From Hemiscyllium ocellatum (lineage: Eukaryota), in contig NC_083447.1 of the NCBI RefSeq assembly GCF_020745735.1, positions 8,760,035 to 8,824,034 of the forward strand: a stretch of DNA of 64,000 nucleotides, given 5' to 3'. The notes beneath the pieces are model-generated. The model saw nothing but the letters and a program-made list of their open reading frames with translations, had not been told where the DNA came from and did not search any database. The stretch's first letter is position 1. Each line of letters begins with the position of its first letter. This document shows, in pieces, positions 47,601 to 61,050 of this stretch. A program made the position numbers and the translations under genes.

Positions 47601-48569
47601 TCTCTTTCTCTGTCCTTTCGACCTGTGCACCCAGCAGACTCTGCATTAATCCGACTTTGCCACTTCCCCACTTGCTCATTAACTCTGAGAAATGAACATG
47701 ATGTTTCCTCTTGGGGAAAAAAATACGTCACCATTACCTAACGTCTTGCTGACATCTGAAACCTTTCTTGCCAAGTAAGTACACAGGGAGAAAAAGACAC
47801 TTTAAAATGTAATGTTGCACATAGCTTTGCAAATATTAAGTTAAATTTTTTGCAAGGTCTGTGTCTGTGCCGTTACATTATATTCTGATTTGGTACGGCC
47901 GATACTAGCCCGGAGCTCTCTCCTCCTACAGGCTAATACTCAAAGCCTGCTCTCCCAGGGTCAGAAAAATCCCCAAGTTCCAAACAAAAATGTCATTTTG
48001 CACGAAATAAAAGCAAACTACGGCAGATCTGAAAAGCTGAAAAAAAACACACACACACAGAAAGTGCTGGGGAGAGACTCAGCAGGCAAAGCAACGTCAG
48101 AAACCGAGTTGGCGTTTCATACAAAATCGAAGGAGTAGGCCATTCAGCCCATCGAACCTGCTCCGCCATTCAATAGGCTGAGGGGTGGGTGAGGTTTGTA
48201 AAATCCTGGACAGGGTGAACAGCCAAAATCTTTTCCCCAGGGTGGGGGAGTCCAAAACTACACGGCATAGGTTGAGGGTGAGAGGGAAAAGATTTAAAAG
48301 GGACCTAAGGGGCAACTTTTTCACACAGAGGGTGGCGCTGTATGGAATGAGCCCCTAGAGGAAGCTGGTACAATGACAGTGTTTAAAAGGCATCTGGATG
48401 GGTATATGAATAGGAAGGGTTTAAAGGGCCAAATGCTGGCAAATGGCACTAGACTAATGTAGGATATCTGGTCGGCACTTCTGTTTCCATGCTCTACACT
48501 TATATAATTCTATAATTACACAGTGGCTTCATGGTTAACACCGCTGCCTCACAGCATCAGGAACCCAGG

Positions 48570-49320
48570 ATGCGAGTAGGCATCTTGTCTCCCCAATGTA
48601 GAGGAGACCGCATCGAAAGCAACAGATACAGTAAATGAGTGGAAGTGCAGGTGAAATTCCTTTGGGGCCTTGGATGGAGGTGATGGGGGAGGTCTGGGTT
48701 CATCAACTTCACCTACACATTCTACCTCAACCTTAAATTCACCTGCACCATCTCAGAAACACTTCAGAGAACATCTCCAGGACACCCGCACCAACCAACC
48801 CCACCGCCCCGTGACCCAACACTTCAGTCCCCCTTCCCACTCCGCTGAGGAGCTGGGCCTCCTCCATCGCCACTCCCTCACCACTCGATGCCTGGAAGAA
48901 GAACGCCTCATCTTCTGCCTCAGGACCCTGCAACCCCATGGCACCAATGTGGATTGCACCAGCTTCCTCATTTCCCCTCACCCCCTCCCCCCCCCCACCT
49001 TTTCCTAGTTCCAACTCGGCAACGCCCTCATGACCTGTCCTACCTATCTAACTTCCTTCCCACCTATACACTCCACCCTCTGCTCTGACCTATCACCATT
49101 ACCCTGACCTCCATCCACCTGTTGCACTCTCAGCTACCTTCCCCCTAGACTCAGCTCCCTCCTATTTATCTCTCCACCCCCGAGGCTCCCAGCCTCATTC
49201 CTGATGAAGGGCTTTTGCCCAAAATGTCGACTTTCCTGCTCCTCCGAAGCTGCCTGACCTGCTGTGCTTTTCCAGCGCCACACCCCTTGACTCTAATCTC
49301 CAGCATCTGCAGTGCTCACA
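48570..49320 (+). mobile_element. Penelope-like element 3' fragment with a 5' inverted segment
   Basis: FREHLQDTRTNQPHRPVTQHF...LEEERLIFCLRTLQPHGTN (GIY-YIG C-terminal part); about 48570-48697 is inverted; the family-A terminal repeat follows at about 49195-49320. Confidence 0.85.
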
Positions 49321-49324
49321 CTTG

Positions 49325-49480
49325 CCTACAATTCCCAGAAGCCAGTGGGGGAACTGCCTACAATTCCTAGAGGTCACTGGGAGGTGGACTACAACTCCCA
49401 GAAACCATTGGGAAGGGACTACAGTTCCCAGAAGCCATTGCAAGGGAGGTCTTCCACCCATCATTGAACCAGGAAGTGGG
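49325..49480 (+). promoter_or_regulatory. Promoter with four tandem ZNF143(SBS)-type motifs plus an ETS site
   Basis: CCTACAATTCCCAGAAGCC 49325, CCTACAATTCCTAGAGGTC 49357, ACTACAACTCCCAGAAACC 49388, ACTACAGTTCCCAGAAGCC 49418; CAGGAAGT 49470-49477. Confidence 0.75.
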
Positions 49481-49485
49481 CCTGA

Positions 49486-49515
49486 ATGGAAGAGGACAGA
49501 AGCCCAGGAAGACAG
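49486..49515 (+). CDS. Putative first coding exon of an unidentified gene (MEEDRSPGRQ)
   Basis: ATG directly downstream of the promoter, 10 codons, then consensus donor CAG|GTAAGT (phase 0). The exon is likely; its coding status is uncertain. Confidence 0.45.
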
Positions 49516-50895
49516 GTAAGTAGCTCACCTGTTGTACCTAGGCATTGGGATATGAGAGGCAGTGTTACAAAACTGGGCCTTCTCTCAAAGGAATGTGAAG
49601 GAAATATCATGGCAGGAGGATTAAATCATAATTAAGAGGAAATTTGATATTGTCAAATTAGTGTTGTATGTCCATGGTGACATCTACAATTGGATTTGCT
49701 GCTAACGAGCCCAAGATTTGAATTGGGGAAGCACTTTTTAAAAATTCTGTTTTTAAACAAAAAACTGCGGATGCTGGAGATCTGAAACAAATAGAAAAAA
49801 ATAGCCAGAAATTGTTGGAGAAGATCAGCAGGTCTGTCAGAGAGAGGAACAGAGTTAACGTTTCAAGTTCAGTGACACTTTGTTAGAATAAAAAGTGAGG
49901 TCTGCAGATGCTGGAGATCAGAGCTGAAAATGTGTTGCTGGTTAAAGCGCAGCAGGTCAGGCAGCATCCAAGGAGCAGGAGATTCGACATTTCGGGCACA
50001 AGCCCTTCATCAGCCATTCCTGATGAAGGGCTTATGCCCGAAACGTCGAATTTCCTGTTCCTTGGATGCTGCCTCTTTGTTAGAGTAAAAAATGAGGTCT
50101 GCAGATGCTGGAGATCACAGCTGAAAATGTGTTGCTGGTTAAAGCACAGCAGGTTAGGCAGCATCTCAGGGACACTTTGTTAGAGCATAGTTCTCATTTA
50201 GTCTTTACCGCATCTGCAGTTCTTTTGGTTTTTATTCTGAATAAGCAGCATCAGATTCAAAACTCAACTCTGGTTACTCTGTCCACGGGACACTGCCAGA
50301 ACTGCTGAGTTTCTCCAGCCATTTCTGAGTATTTTTGTTGTTTTAAACTTTCTGCATTGACGAACACGTCCTGATAGCCTTGCCAGTGAACTAAGCTCAC
50401 TCGAAGTTCCACTTTATCTTTTATTAATTCATCGGAATGTGGATGTCTCCAGTGAGGCCGGTATTTATTGCCCATCCCTAATTGCCCACAGGGCAATTTG
50501 AAGCCAACCACATTATCATATCATGGAATCCCTACAGTGTGGAAACAGGCCATTTGGCCCAACAAGTCCACACCGACCCTCTGAAGAGTATCCCACCCAG
50601 ACCCATTCCCCAACATTTCCCATGACTAATGCACCTTGCCTACACATCCCTGGACACTAAGGGGTAATTTAGCATGGCCGATCCACCCTGACCTGCACAT
50701 CTTTGGACTGTAGGAGGCAGTAGGCGTGCACCCACGCAGACATGGGGAGAATGTGCAAACTCTACACAAACAATTGCCCCCCCCAGGGTGGAATTGAACA
50801 CGGCTCCCTGGCACTGCGGGGCAACAGTGCCAGCTACTGAGCCATCCTTTATTAATTTAGAGTCACCAGTAAGGACAAAGGGCTTTTCACTACAA

Positions 50896-51184
50896 TTAGA
50901 TTAGATTAGATTAGATTACTTACGGTATGGAAACAGGCCCTTCGGCCCAACAAGTCCACACCGACCCGCCGAAGCGCAACCCACCCATACCCCTACATTT
51001 ACCCCTTACCTAGCACTACGGGCAATTTAGCATGGCCAATTCACCTGACCCGCACATCTTTGGACTGTGGGAGGAAACCAGAGCACCCGGAGGAAACCCA
51101 CGCAGACACGGGGAGAACGTGCAAACTCCACACAGACAGTCGCCTGAGGTGGGAATTGAACCCAGGTCACTGGCGCTGTGAGGC
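50896..51184 (-). mobile_element. HE1-like SINE, 5' truncated
   Basis: Same family consensus with (ATTAG)n tail. Confidence 0.9.
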
Positions 51185-51464
51185 GTTGGTTACATGGTCA
51201 ACATTAGGCTAGCTTTTCTTTTGCTAATTCCAGATTTTTGTTGAATTCAAAATTCACCGTCTGCCCCATACAGCATGGAAACAGGTCCTTCAGTCCATTT
51301 AATCTCTACTGACCGGGTATCCTTGGGATTCTAACCCATGTCCCTAGGACATTAATGAGGGTTTCTGAATTACTAGGCCTGAGGCATTAATATAACGTTA
51401 CCGCCTCCCCAAAAATTGTGAGAGAGTCCTGAACTAGGGGACACCATTGTGTAAAAACAGTTGA

Positions 51465-52695
51465 TTGAGTTTTTTTGAAGAAGTAACAAAGAGGATTGAT
51501 GAGGGCAGAGCAGTAGATGTGATCTATATGGACTTCAGTAAGGCGTTCAACAAGGTTCCCCATGGGAGACTGATTAGCAAGGTTAGATCTCATGGAATAC
51601 AGGGAGAACTTGCCATTTGGATACAGAACTGGCTCAAAGGTAGAAGACAGAGGGTGGTGGTGTAGGGTTGTTTTTCAGACTGGAGGCCTGTGACCAGTGG
51701 AGTGCCACAAGGATCGGTGCTGGATCCTCTACGTTTTGTCATTTACATAAATGATTTGGATGCGAACATAAGAGTTACAGTTAGTAGGTTTGCAGATGAC
51801 ACCAAAATTGGAGGTGTAGTGGACAGCAAAGAGGGTTACCTCAGATTACAACAGGATCTTGACCAGATGGGCCAATGGGCTGAGAAGTGGCAGATGGAGT
51901 TTAATTCAGATAAATGTGAGGTGCTGCATTTTGGGAAAGCAAATCTTAGCAGGACTTATACACCTAATGGTAATGTCCTAGGGAGTGTTGCTGAACAAAG
52001 AGGCCTTGTAGTGCAGGTTCATAGCTCCTTGAAAGTGGAGTCACAGGTAGATTGGATAGTGAAGAAGGTGTTTGGTATGCTTTCTTTATTGGTCAGAGTA
52101 TTGAGTACAGGCGTTGGGAGGTCATGTTGCGGCTGTACGGGACATTGGTTAGGCCACTGTTGGAATATTGCATGCAATTCTGGTCTCCTTCCTATTGGAA
52201 GGATGTTGTGAAACATGAAAGGGTTCAGAAAAGATTTACAAGGATGTTGCCAGGGTTGGAGGATCTGAGCTACAGGGAGAGGCTGAACAGGCTGGGGCTG
52301 TTTTCCCTGGAGCGTCAGAGACCTTACAGAGTCTTACAAAATCATGAGGGGCGTGGATAGGATAAATAGGCAAAGTCTTTTCCCTGGGGTGGGGGAGTCC
52401 AGAACTAGAGGGCATAGGTTTAGAATGAGAGGGGAAAGATATAAAAGAGACTGAAGGGGCAACTTTTTCATGCAGAGGGTGGTACGTGTATGGAATGAGC
52501 TGCCAGAGGAAGTCGTGGAGGCTGGTACAATTACAGCATTTAAAAGGCATCTGGATGGGTATATGAACAGGAAGAGTTTGGAGGGATATGGGCCGGGTGC
52601 TGGCAAATGGGACTAGATTAGGTTGGGGTATCTGGTCGGCATGGAGGAGTTCAACCGAAGGGTCTGTTTCCGTGCTGTACATTTCTATGTCTCTA
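51465..52695 (+). mobile_element. CR1 (HER1-like) LINE 3' fragment, degraded RT
   Basis: VDVIYMDFSKAF, TSGVPQGSVL, FADDTKIGG and QMEFN motifs with stops and frameshifts, followed by the 3'UTR. Confidence 0.95.
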
Positions 52696-53217
52696 ATTCT
52701 TGTGCCCTCATCTCAACACCAGACATGGTCCATGTCCAGGCTGTGGATCTGCGACGCGCTGCCTTGACTAGACAGGCTTTCTGAACAATTTTCTACTCAC
52801 ACGGACCTCGTGACCTTACAGCCAATTAAGACGGTTTGGAACCTCTGCTGTAATTTCGGAGATGCAGCAGTCAATTTGCGCAAATCAAACACCTATAATT
52901 ACCAAGGAGGTAATGACCAGTTCACCAGCTTCAGAGGGTTTGGTCAAGGGATAGTTGTCATTATCCTAGACAGTGGGGAGTCTGCACCAACCCTCCAAAG
53001 AACATCCCACCCAGAACCATCCCCCTACCATATCCCCGTGACCCTGCGTTTCCTGTATCTGAGCCAACCACCCTGACCTGCACACCTTTGGACTGTGGGA
53101 GGAAACCAGAGCACCTGGAGGAAACCCACGCCGACACGGGGAGAACGTGTAAATTCTGTGCAGACACAGTCGCCTGAGGGTGGAATCAAACCTGGGTCCC
53201 TGGCGCTATGAGGCAGT

Positions 53218-54215
53218 GGTGAGGGTTGTTTTTCAGACTGGAGGCCTGTGACCAGTGGAGTGCCACAAGGATCGGTGCTGGGTCCACTGCTTTTTGTCAT
53301 TTACATAAATGATTTGGATGCGTGCATAAAGGGTACAGTTAGTAAGTTTGCAGATGACACCAAAATTGGAGGTGTAGTGGGCAGCGAAGAAGGTTACCTC
53401 AGCTTACAACAGGATCTGGACCAGATGGGCCAATGGGCTGAGAAGCGGCAGATGGAGTTTAATTCAGATAAATGTGAGGTGCTGCATTTTGGGAAAGCAA
53501 ATCTTAGCAGGACTTATGCACTTAATGGTAAGGTCCTAGGGAGTGTTGCTGAACAGAGAGACCTTGGAGCGTAGGTTCATAGCTCCTTGAAAGTGGAATC
53601 ACAGGTAGATAGGATAGCGAAGAAGGCGTTTGGTATGCTTTCCTTTATTGGTCAGAGTATTGAGCACAGGAGTTGCAGCTGTACAGGACATTGGTTAGGC
53701 CACTGTTGGAATATTGCGTGCAATTCTGGTCTCCTTCCTATCGGAAAGATGTTGTGAAACTGGAAAGGGTTTAGAAGGATGTTGAGCTACAGGGAAAGGC
53801 TGAATAGGCTGGGACTGTTTTCCCTGGAGCGTCGGAGGCTGAGGGGGGGGTCTTCTAGAGGTTTATAAAATCATGAGGGGCTTGGATAGGATAAATAGAC
53901 AAGGTCTTTTCCCTGGGATCTGGGAGTCCAGAACTAGAGGTTTAGGGTGAGAGGGTAAAGATATAAAAGAGATCCAAGGACAACTTCTTCACACAGAGGG
54001 TGGTACGTGTGTGGAATGAGCTGCCAGAGGAAGTGGTGGAGGCTGGTACAATGACAACATTTAAAAGGCATCTGGATGGGTATATGAATAGGAAGGGTTT
54101 GGAGGGATATGGGCCAAGTGCTGGCATGTGGGACTAGATTGGGTTGGAAAGTGGTCGACATGGACGGGTCGGACCAAACGGTCTGTTTCCATGCTGTACA
54201 TCTCTCTGACTCTAT
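53218..54215 (+). mobile_element. CR1 LINE 3' fragment
   Basis: TSGVPQGSVLGPLLFVIYINDLD...SKFADDTKIGG; premature stop at 53572. Confidence 0.95.
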
Positions 54216-55304
54216 GCTAACCACTATGTCCCCCAAGAAAGTACTCTTTCCCTATTGCTGTTCTAAACACAGTAACGGGATCAGACCCACTGCTGGAAAC
54301 CTCCAAGATGACACATTCAGTGTCGTACTGAGGGTGTATTCATGCCATATTTCACGCCAAACAGACACTGTGCCTATAAATGACTGCTATTTGAAGACTA
54401 ACAGGAACTCCGCAGAGATATTTTCACGTCAACCCGTTCAGAAATGTTATCACACTCCACCCTACAGCAGGCAGCATTTGAACCCAGTTCTCCTGCCTCA
54501 GAGGTAGGGACGTTACTGGCTATGCAGGAAGCCCACACCTTGACCCTGCCAATACTGATGGACACCAGAGTAATTCTGACACACTCCTGTAAAGATCGGA
54601 CACCCCTGGGGCCTCCCTTTACGCACTAACAGTATCCCAGAGACTGGTAATCCAGCGGCTCAGGTTAATTCTCCAGGGACACAGGTTCAAATCCCGCCAC
54701 AGGCAGGAACTTAAATTCAATGGACAAAATCTAGAATTTGAAGCAAGTCAGTTCTTTAAGGGAAGAAAATCTGCCCTCGTTACCATGGTGATCTGATCAC
54801 GATCACCCAGGTATTAAGAGGAGAAGACAGGGTAGATAAACTATTACCACTAGTTGGGGATTCTGGAACTAGGAGCATTGTCTGAGAATTAGGGCCAGAC
54901 CGTTCAGCAGAGATGTTAGGAAGCACTTTGTCACACAAAAGGCGGGAGAGGTCTGAAACTCTCTTCCATAAGTGACAGTGGAATCAGTTGTTAATTTTAA
55001 ATTTTAGAATTAGATATTATTATCACATGCTCTTAAGTATAGGGATGCAGGATTACACAGTGAGAAGTGTACAAAGTCACCATTCTCCACCGTCACCTTG
55101 GTTACAAAGCCAAGAATTTATTTTTTAAAAACCAGCAGAACTAATAGAAACCGAGGCAAAAGGAAAGGTAATCTAATCTAATCTGAAAGAAAAGTGACCA
55201 GATCTAGGAGAAGGAAAAACGTACAGATCTTAAAAGTCCCATTTCAATAAAGGTGTACGGGCACTCGGGCCTAGCTGAGGCAGGAGTCTTTTGCTGAGAC
55301 TACT

Positions 55305-55610
55305 GGGCGGCACGGTGGCACAGTGGTTAGCCCTGCTGCCTGACAGCGCCAGAGACCCGGGTTCAATTCCCGCCTCAGGCGACTCTCTGTGTGGAGTTTG
55401 CACATTCTCCCTGTGTCTGTGTGGGTGCTCCAGTTTCCTCCCACAGTCCAAAAATGTTCAGGTTAGGTGAATTGGCCACGATAAATTGCCCATAGCGTTA
55501 GGTAAGGGGTAAATGTAGGAGTATGGGTCTGGGTGGTATATGCTTCGGCGGGTCGGTGTGGACTTGTTGGGCCGAAGGGCCTGTTTCCACACTGTAAGTA
55601 ATCTAATCTA
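55305..55610 (+). mobile_element. HE1-like SINE
   Basis: Same family; flanked by a short direct repeat CTACTG. Confidence 0.85.
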
Positions 55611-57880
55611 CTGCCTCAGATCACCAGGAGGAGCTTTGCTCCCACCTCCTTTATCTTAAGCAAAAGTATTAAGGGATACAGACTGAAGGTGTATGGGGTT
55701 AGGCCACAGACCAGCCATTTAGAATTAGAATCTCTACAGTGTGGAAACAGGCCCCTTTGGCCCAACAAGTCCACACTGACCCTCCGAAGAGTATCCCACC
55801 CAGACCCATTCGCCTGCCCTATTACTCTACATTTCCCCTAACTAGTGCACTCAGCCTACACATCCCTGAACACTACGGGCAATTCAGCACCGGCAATTCA
55901 TCCCTAACCTGCATGTCTTTGGACTGTAGGAGGAAACCCATGCAGACATGGGGAGAACATGCAAACTCCACACAGACAGTCGCCCAAGGCTGGAATCGAA
56001 CCCGGGTCCCTGACGTTGTGAGGCAGCAGTGCTAACCACTGAGCCACCGTGCCGCATGGTGCCATGGACTCAGTGAAGGACTGAACAGGCTCGAGGGACT
56101 GAATGGCCTACTCCTGTTCTGTTGCCCAAGCTGCACATGACTCCAACCCCACAGCGAGATGCTACATTCGTGACTGTCCACTAAAATGGCCAGGCAAAGC
56201 CACTCAATCCATGGGCACTTAGGAATGGGCAACCAATCCTGACCTTATTGGCAATGCCCATGTCCAATGGAAGAATGACTCAAAAAAGACAGCAAGACTG
56301 GTGTAGTGACTCAGTAAGAGCTTTGAGGATAGTGGATCATTTCAGAGCCACATCTACGAGCTTAAAAAGTATCAATGTCCCTGCAGTAAAGTGGCTGTTC
56401 AACATGAGGGATCAACTCATGTGGGTCACACTCTTACCCCCAAGGCAGAAGGTTGTGGGTTCAAATCCCAACTCCAGAGACTTAGAGCTGTATCACACAG
56501 CAACAGATCCTTCGGAACAGCTTGTCCATGCCGACCAGATATTTATTGACGGAGTTCCAGGCCTATAGGAACTCCCGTGCGTGTCTTTGTTTAGCCTGTC
56601 CCAGGATGGGTGCATAGTCCCAGTCAGACTGGTGTCCCTCTTTGTCTGTGTGTATGGATACCAATGAGAGTTGATCATGTCCAATGGATCTCCATGAACA
56701 AACACATCGATTTGGACTGTGTTTACCAAACTCTCAGAAACAGAACCAGAAGTGGTATCACCCATCACACCAGACCCAGACAGATGACTAGCAAGTGGGA
56801 CAGAACGCCAGCGCTTCACTGGAGGCTCACTGATGATGTTACCTCACTGGTGGTAACAAAATGTCTGACAGCAAACCTACCAGCTCAGCGAGCAAACTCA
56901 CAACCTGACCATTAACTCTATCTAACCCTCTCATAATTTTATAAACTTCTTTCAGATCGCCTCTCAACCTCCTACGCTCCAGTGAAAGAAGTCCCAACCT
57001 ATCCAGCAATGTATCTACTCAAGACTGGGCATCCATGAGGCGCTGTGGGCCATCAACGGCAGCAGAATTGTACTCCAGCCCATCATGGCTTGGCATATCC
57101 CTCACTCAACCATTACCATCAAGCCAGGGGAACAACCTTGGTTCAGTGGAGAGTACAGGAGAGCATACCAGGGGCTGCACCAGGCATAGAGTCATTGAGA
57201 TGCACAGTAGAAACAGACCCTTTGCTCTAACTCATCCATGCCAACCATATATCCTAAATTAATCTACTCCCATTTGCCAGCATTTGGCCCATATTCCTCT
57301 AAACCCTTCCTATTCATGTCCCCAATCAGATGTCTTTTAAATGTTGTAATTGTACCAGCCTCCACCACTTCCTCTGGCAGCACATTCTATACAAGTACCA
57401 CCCTCTGGTGAAAACGTTGCCCCTTAGGTCCCTTCCAAATCTTACTGCTCTCACTCTAAATATACCTAAAGAAATGAGGTGTTAACCTGGGGAAGCTGCC
57501 AAATCCTGCATGCCAGTCAGTGTAGGCAGCATTGATAGACAGAGCTGAGTGATTCCACAGCCAAAGAATCAGAGCTTAGCTCTGCAGTCCTGCCACATCC
57601 AGGCGTGAATGGTGGTGGACAAGTAGACAACTTGCTTGACAGGAGGAGGATCTGCAAACATCCCAATCCTCAATGCTGGAGGAGCCCAGTACATCAGGGG
57701 AAAGGATTAAGGCATTTGCAGCACTCTTCAGTCAGTTGCCCCGAATGGATGGAGCATTGTCAGTCAATTCGATTCACTCCCCACACTGTCAAGATTTGGA
57801 GATGCCAGTGTTGGACTGGGCTGGACAAAGTTGAAAATCACACAACACCAGGTTATAGTCCAACAGGTTTATTTGGAATC

Positions 57881-57914
57881 ACTAGCTTTTGGAGCGCTGC
57901 TCCTTCATCAGGTA
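57881..57914 (-). ncRNA. Decayed hammerhead motif, family C
   Basis: AC CUGAUGA A GGAGC AGC GCUCC aAAA GCUA GU (G12 lost by CpG decay); sister copies at about 4342-4375, 6511-6545 and 32197-32230. Confidence 0.5.
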
Positions 57915-58430
57915 GTTATGGAGTATGAGATTTGCTTTAAATTCTGTGTCTTATAATCCCACTTTCCCCGCTCACCTTAAACCTCTACCCTCTAGTTTTG
58001 AACTCCCTTACCGTGGGGAATAGATCTACGCCCCTCATGATTTTAATGAACCTTTTAAGGTCACCCCTCAGCCTCCAATGCTCCAGGGAAAACAGCCCCA
58101 GCCTGTTCAGCCTCTCCCTATAGCTCAAACCCTCCACAACCACCTGATGAAGGAGCAGCGCCATCCCCATCACACTCCTTTCCCTCCTCCTCAACCCCCT
58201 CCCTGCTCATCCCCCACCCTCTCCTCCCTCCCAACTCATTGCCCTCCCCCCTCATCCCCTACCCCTCTCGTCCCCCATACCCACTTCACCACCCTCCCTC
58301 CCTGATCTACTCCATCCCCCATTCCCCCAATCCTCTCATCCCCCATGACATCCATGTTCCATGTGTGAAATAAAATAAAACACAGATTCAAGATGTGAGT
58401 AGCAATTCCATTAAGACCAGAGGCCCAAAA

Positions 58431-59420
58431 CCTGGGAGTGAGCTACACGCTGGAACCTAACCAAGCAGTTCAGGGCGATTTGTATATTGAATAACAGATA
58501 CCCAGGAAAGAGTTACAGATTGGAATTTAATCAGGGGGTTCCGGGGTTTATGTTTGGAATAACAGATATCTGGGAGTGAGTTACAGCCTGGATTCTAATT
58601 GAGGAGGGGTTCGGGGATTTATATTTAGAATATCAGATACCCGGGATTGAGTTTAGACTGGAATCCAATCAAGGAATGGTTTATATATAGAATAACAGAT
58701 ACCCAGGACTGAGGTACAGACTGGAATCTAAAATGAGGGGTTTTGGGATGGTTTGTATATAGAATAACATATATCCAGGACTGAGTTACAGACTGAATTC
58801 TAATCGAGGGTTCGGGGATTTATATTTAGAATATCAGATACCCGGGATTGAGTTTAGACTGGAATCTAATCAAGGGATTCAGGATGGTTTATATATAGAA
58901 TAACAGATACCCAGGACTGAGTTACAGACTGGAATCTAAATGAGGGGTTTGGGATGGTTTGTATATAGAATAACATATATCCAGGAGTGAGTTACAGACT
59001 GGATTCTAATCGAGGGTTCGGGGATTTATATTTAGAATATCAGATACCTGGGAGTGAGTTATAGACTGAAATCTAGTCAAGGGGTTCACAATGGTTCATA
59101 AATAGAATAACAGATACCCAGGAGTGAGGTACAGACTGGAATCTAAAATGAGGGGTTTTGGGATGGTTTGTATATAGAATAACATTATACCCAGGAGTGA
59201 GTTACAGACTGGATTCTAATCGAGGGTTCGGGGATTTATATTTAAAATATCAGATACCTATAGACTCAAATCTAGTCAAGGGGTTCACAATGGTTCATAA
59301 ATAGAATAACAGATACCCAGGAGTGAGGTACAGGCTGGAATCTAATCAAGGAGTCTAGGGGATTTATATATAAGGTAACATATACCTGGGAGTGAATTAA
59401 TAGAATGTAGTCAAGGGGAG
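58431..59420. repeat. Tandem satellite, about 68-bp monomer, about 14-15 copies
   Basis: Recurrent unit CCCAGGAGTGAGTTACAGACTGGAATCTAATCGAGGGGTTCGGGG...TATATAGAATAACAGATA. Confidence 0.93.
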
Positions 59421-60404
59421 TGAGTTTTATTGTTGGAAGTTTGTATCGAGCATAGCAAACTGTTAACTCTGATTAGGGAGGGATTGACAAGACTAAAGGA
59501 CTAGTGACAAGGTAGAAAATATCTCCCTTCCCTCCAAGGGTAGGGAGTGAGACGCAAGAAGTCAGCAGTGATTCTTGCTCATCTCCAGCACCCAGGAGTT
59601 GGAAAGATCCCCCTGGACCGGTGAGAGGTGGTAGGAGTTGATCACTGTGGTACTGGATTCAATTGTGATGCCTCCCATAGAGGAAAAGCTTTATAACACA
59701 CAATGCCAGGGACCAGTGACAAAGAAGGGGTGTGTGGAGGTATTTGAATCTTGGAACCTTGTGAGAAAGATGTGCGGATTTTAAAAGGTGCTTGTTTGTT
59801 GCATGTGCTGTTCATTCCCAGATATAACTGATCATTCAGCAATTCCTTCACAGTCCTCCAAGTTCCAGTGTACAAGATTCAGAGTTGACCTTGATACTAA
59901 TACCATGTATTCAATGTTCAACAACAACAACACCAGAAACTTGCCTTTATATGGCACCTTTCATGGTCTTGGAATGTCCCAAAGCCGTTCTCAGCCAATG
60001 AAGTGCTTTTCATGTTCAGTCACTACTGTAAAGTATGAATCACAACAAAAGCTCCTCAAAGCCTGTCCCACCATCTACAAGGCATAAGTCAGGAGTGCGA
60101 TGGAATACTCCCCACTTGCCCTGGGTGGGGGCAGTTCCAACAACACTCAAGAAGCTCAATACCATCCAGGACAAAGCAGCCGCTTGATTGGCACTGCATC
60201 CACAAGCATCCCCTCCCTCCACCACCGACGCTCAGTCACAGCAGTGTGTACCGTCGACACTGCAGCAACCCCTCAAGTGTTCTTTCATAACACCGTGACA
60301 AATTTGCAACCTCTTCCCCCTGGCAGGATAAGGACACCAGACACATGGGACACAACAGCCTGTAGGTCCCCCAGATTCACTCACCATCTCAGCTTAAAGT
60401 CACC

Positions 60405-61050
60405 AAGTTGTACAGCACAGAAACTGAATCCTAGGTCCAACTTGTCCATGCTGATCAAATATCCGAAAATAATCTAGTCCCATCTGCCAGCACTCGGCTC
60501 ATATCCCTCCAAACCCTTCCTATTCATATACCCATCCAGATGCCTTTTAAATGTTGTCATTGTACCAGCCTCCACCACTTCCTCTGGCAGCTCATTCCAT
60601 ACACGTACCACCCTCTGCGTGAAAACGTTGCCCCTTAGGACCCTTTTAAATCTTTCCCCTCTCACCTTAAACCTCTACCCTCTAGTTTTGAACTCCCTTA
60701 CCCTGGGGAATAGATCCATGCCTCTCATGACCTTTAAAGATCACCCCTCAGCCTCCAACGCTCCAGGGAAAACAGCTCCAGCCTGTTCAGCCGCTCCCCA
60801 TAGCTCAAACCATCCAACCCTGGCAACATTTTTTTCAGTTTCATAACATCCTTCTGGTAGGAAGGAGACCAGAATTGCACGCAATATTCCAACAGTGGCC
60901 TAACCAATGTCCTGTACAGCTGCAACATGACCTCCCAACTCCTGTACTCAATACTCTGACCAATAAAGGAAAGCATACCAAACACCGTCTTCACTATCCT
61001 ATCTACCTGCGACTCAATTTCAAGGAACTATGAACCTGCACTCCAAGGTC
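60405..61050 (-). mobile_element. CR1 LINE 3' fragment
   Basis: [15 protein letters not shown]...QRVVRVWNELPEEVVEA. Confidence 0.9.

Noticed and set aside
51465-54215. Tandem RT ORFs as an active LINE or domesticated gene
   Set aside because: Both copies are 5' truncated, with stops and frameshifts.
58431-59420. CRISPR-like regular repeats
   Set aside because: No unique spacers or cas genes; eukaryotic satellite.
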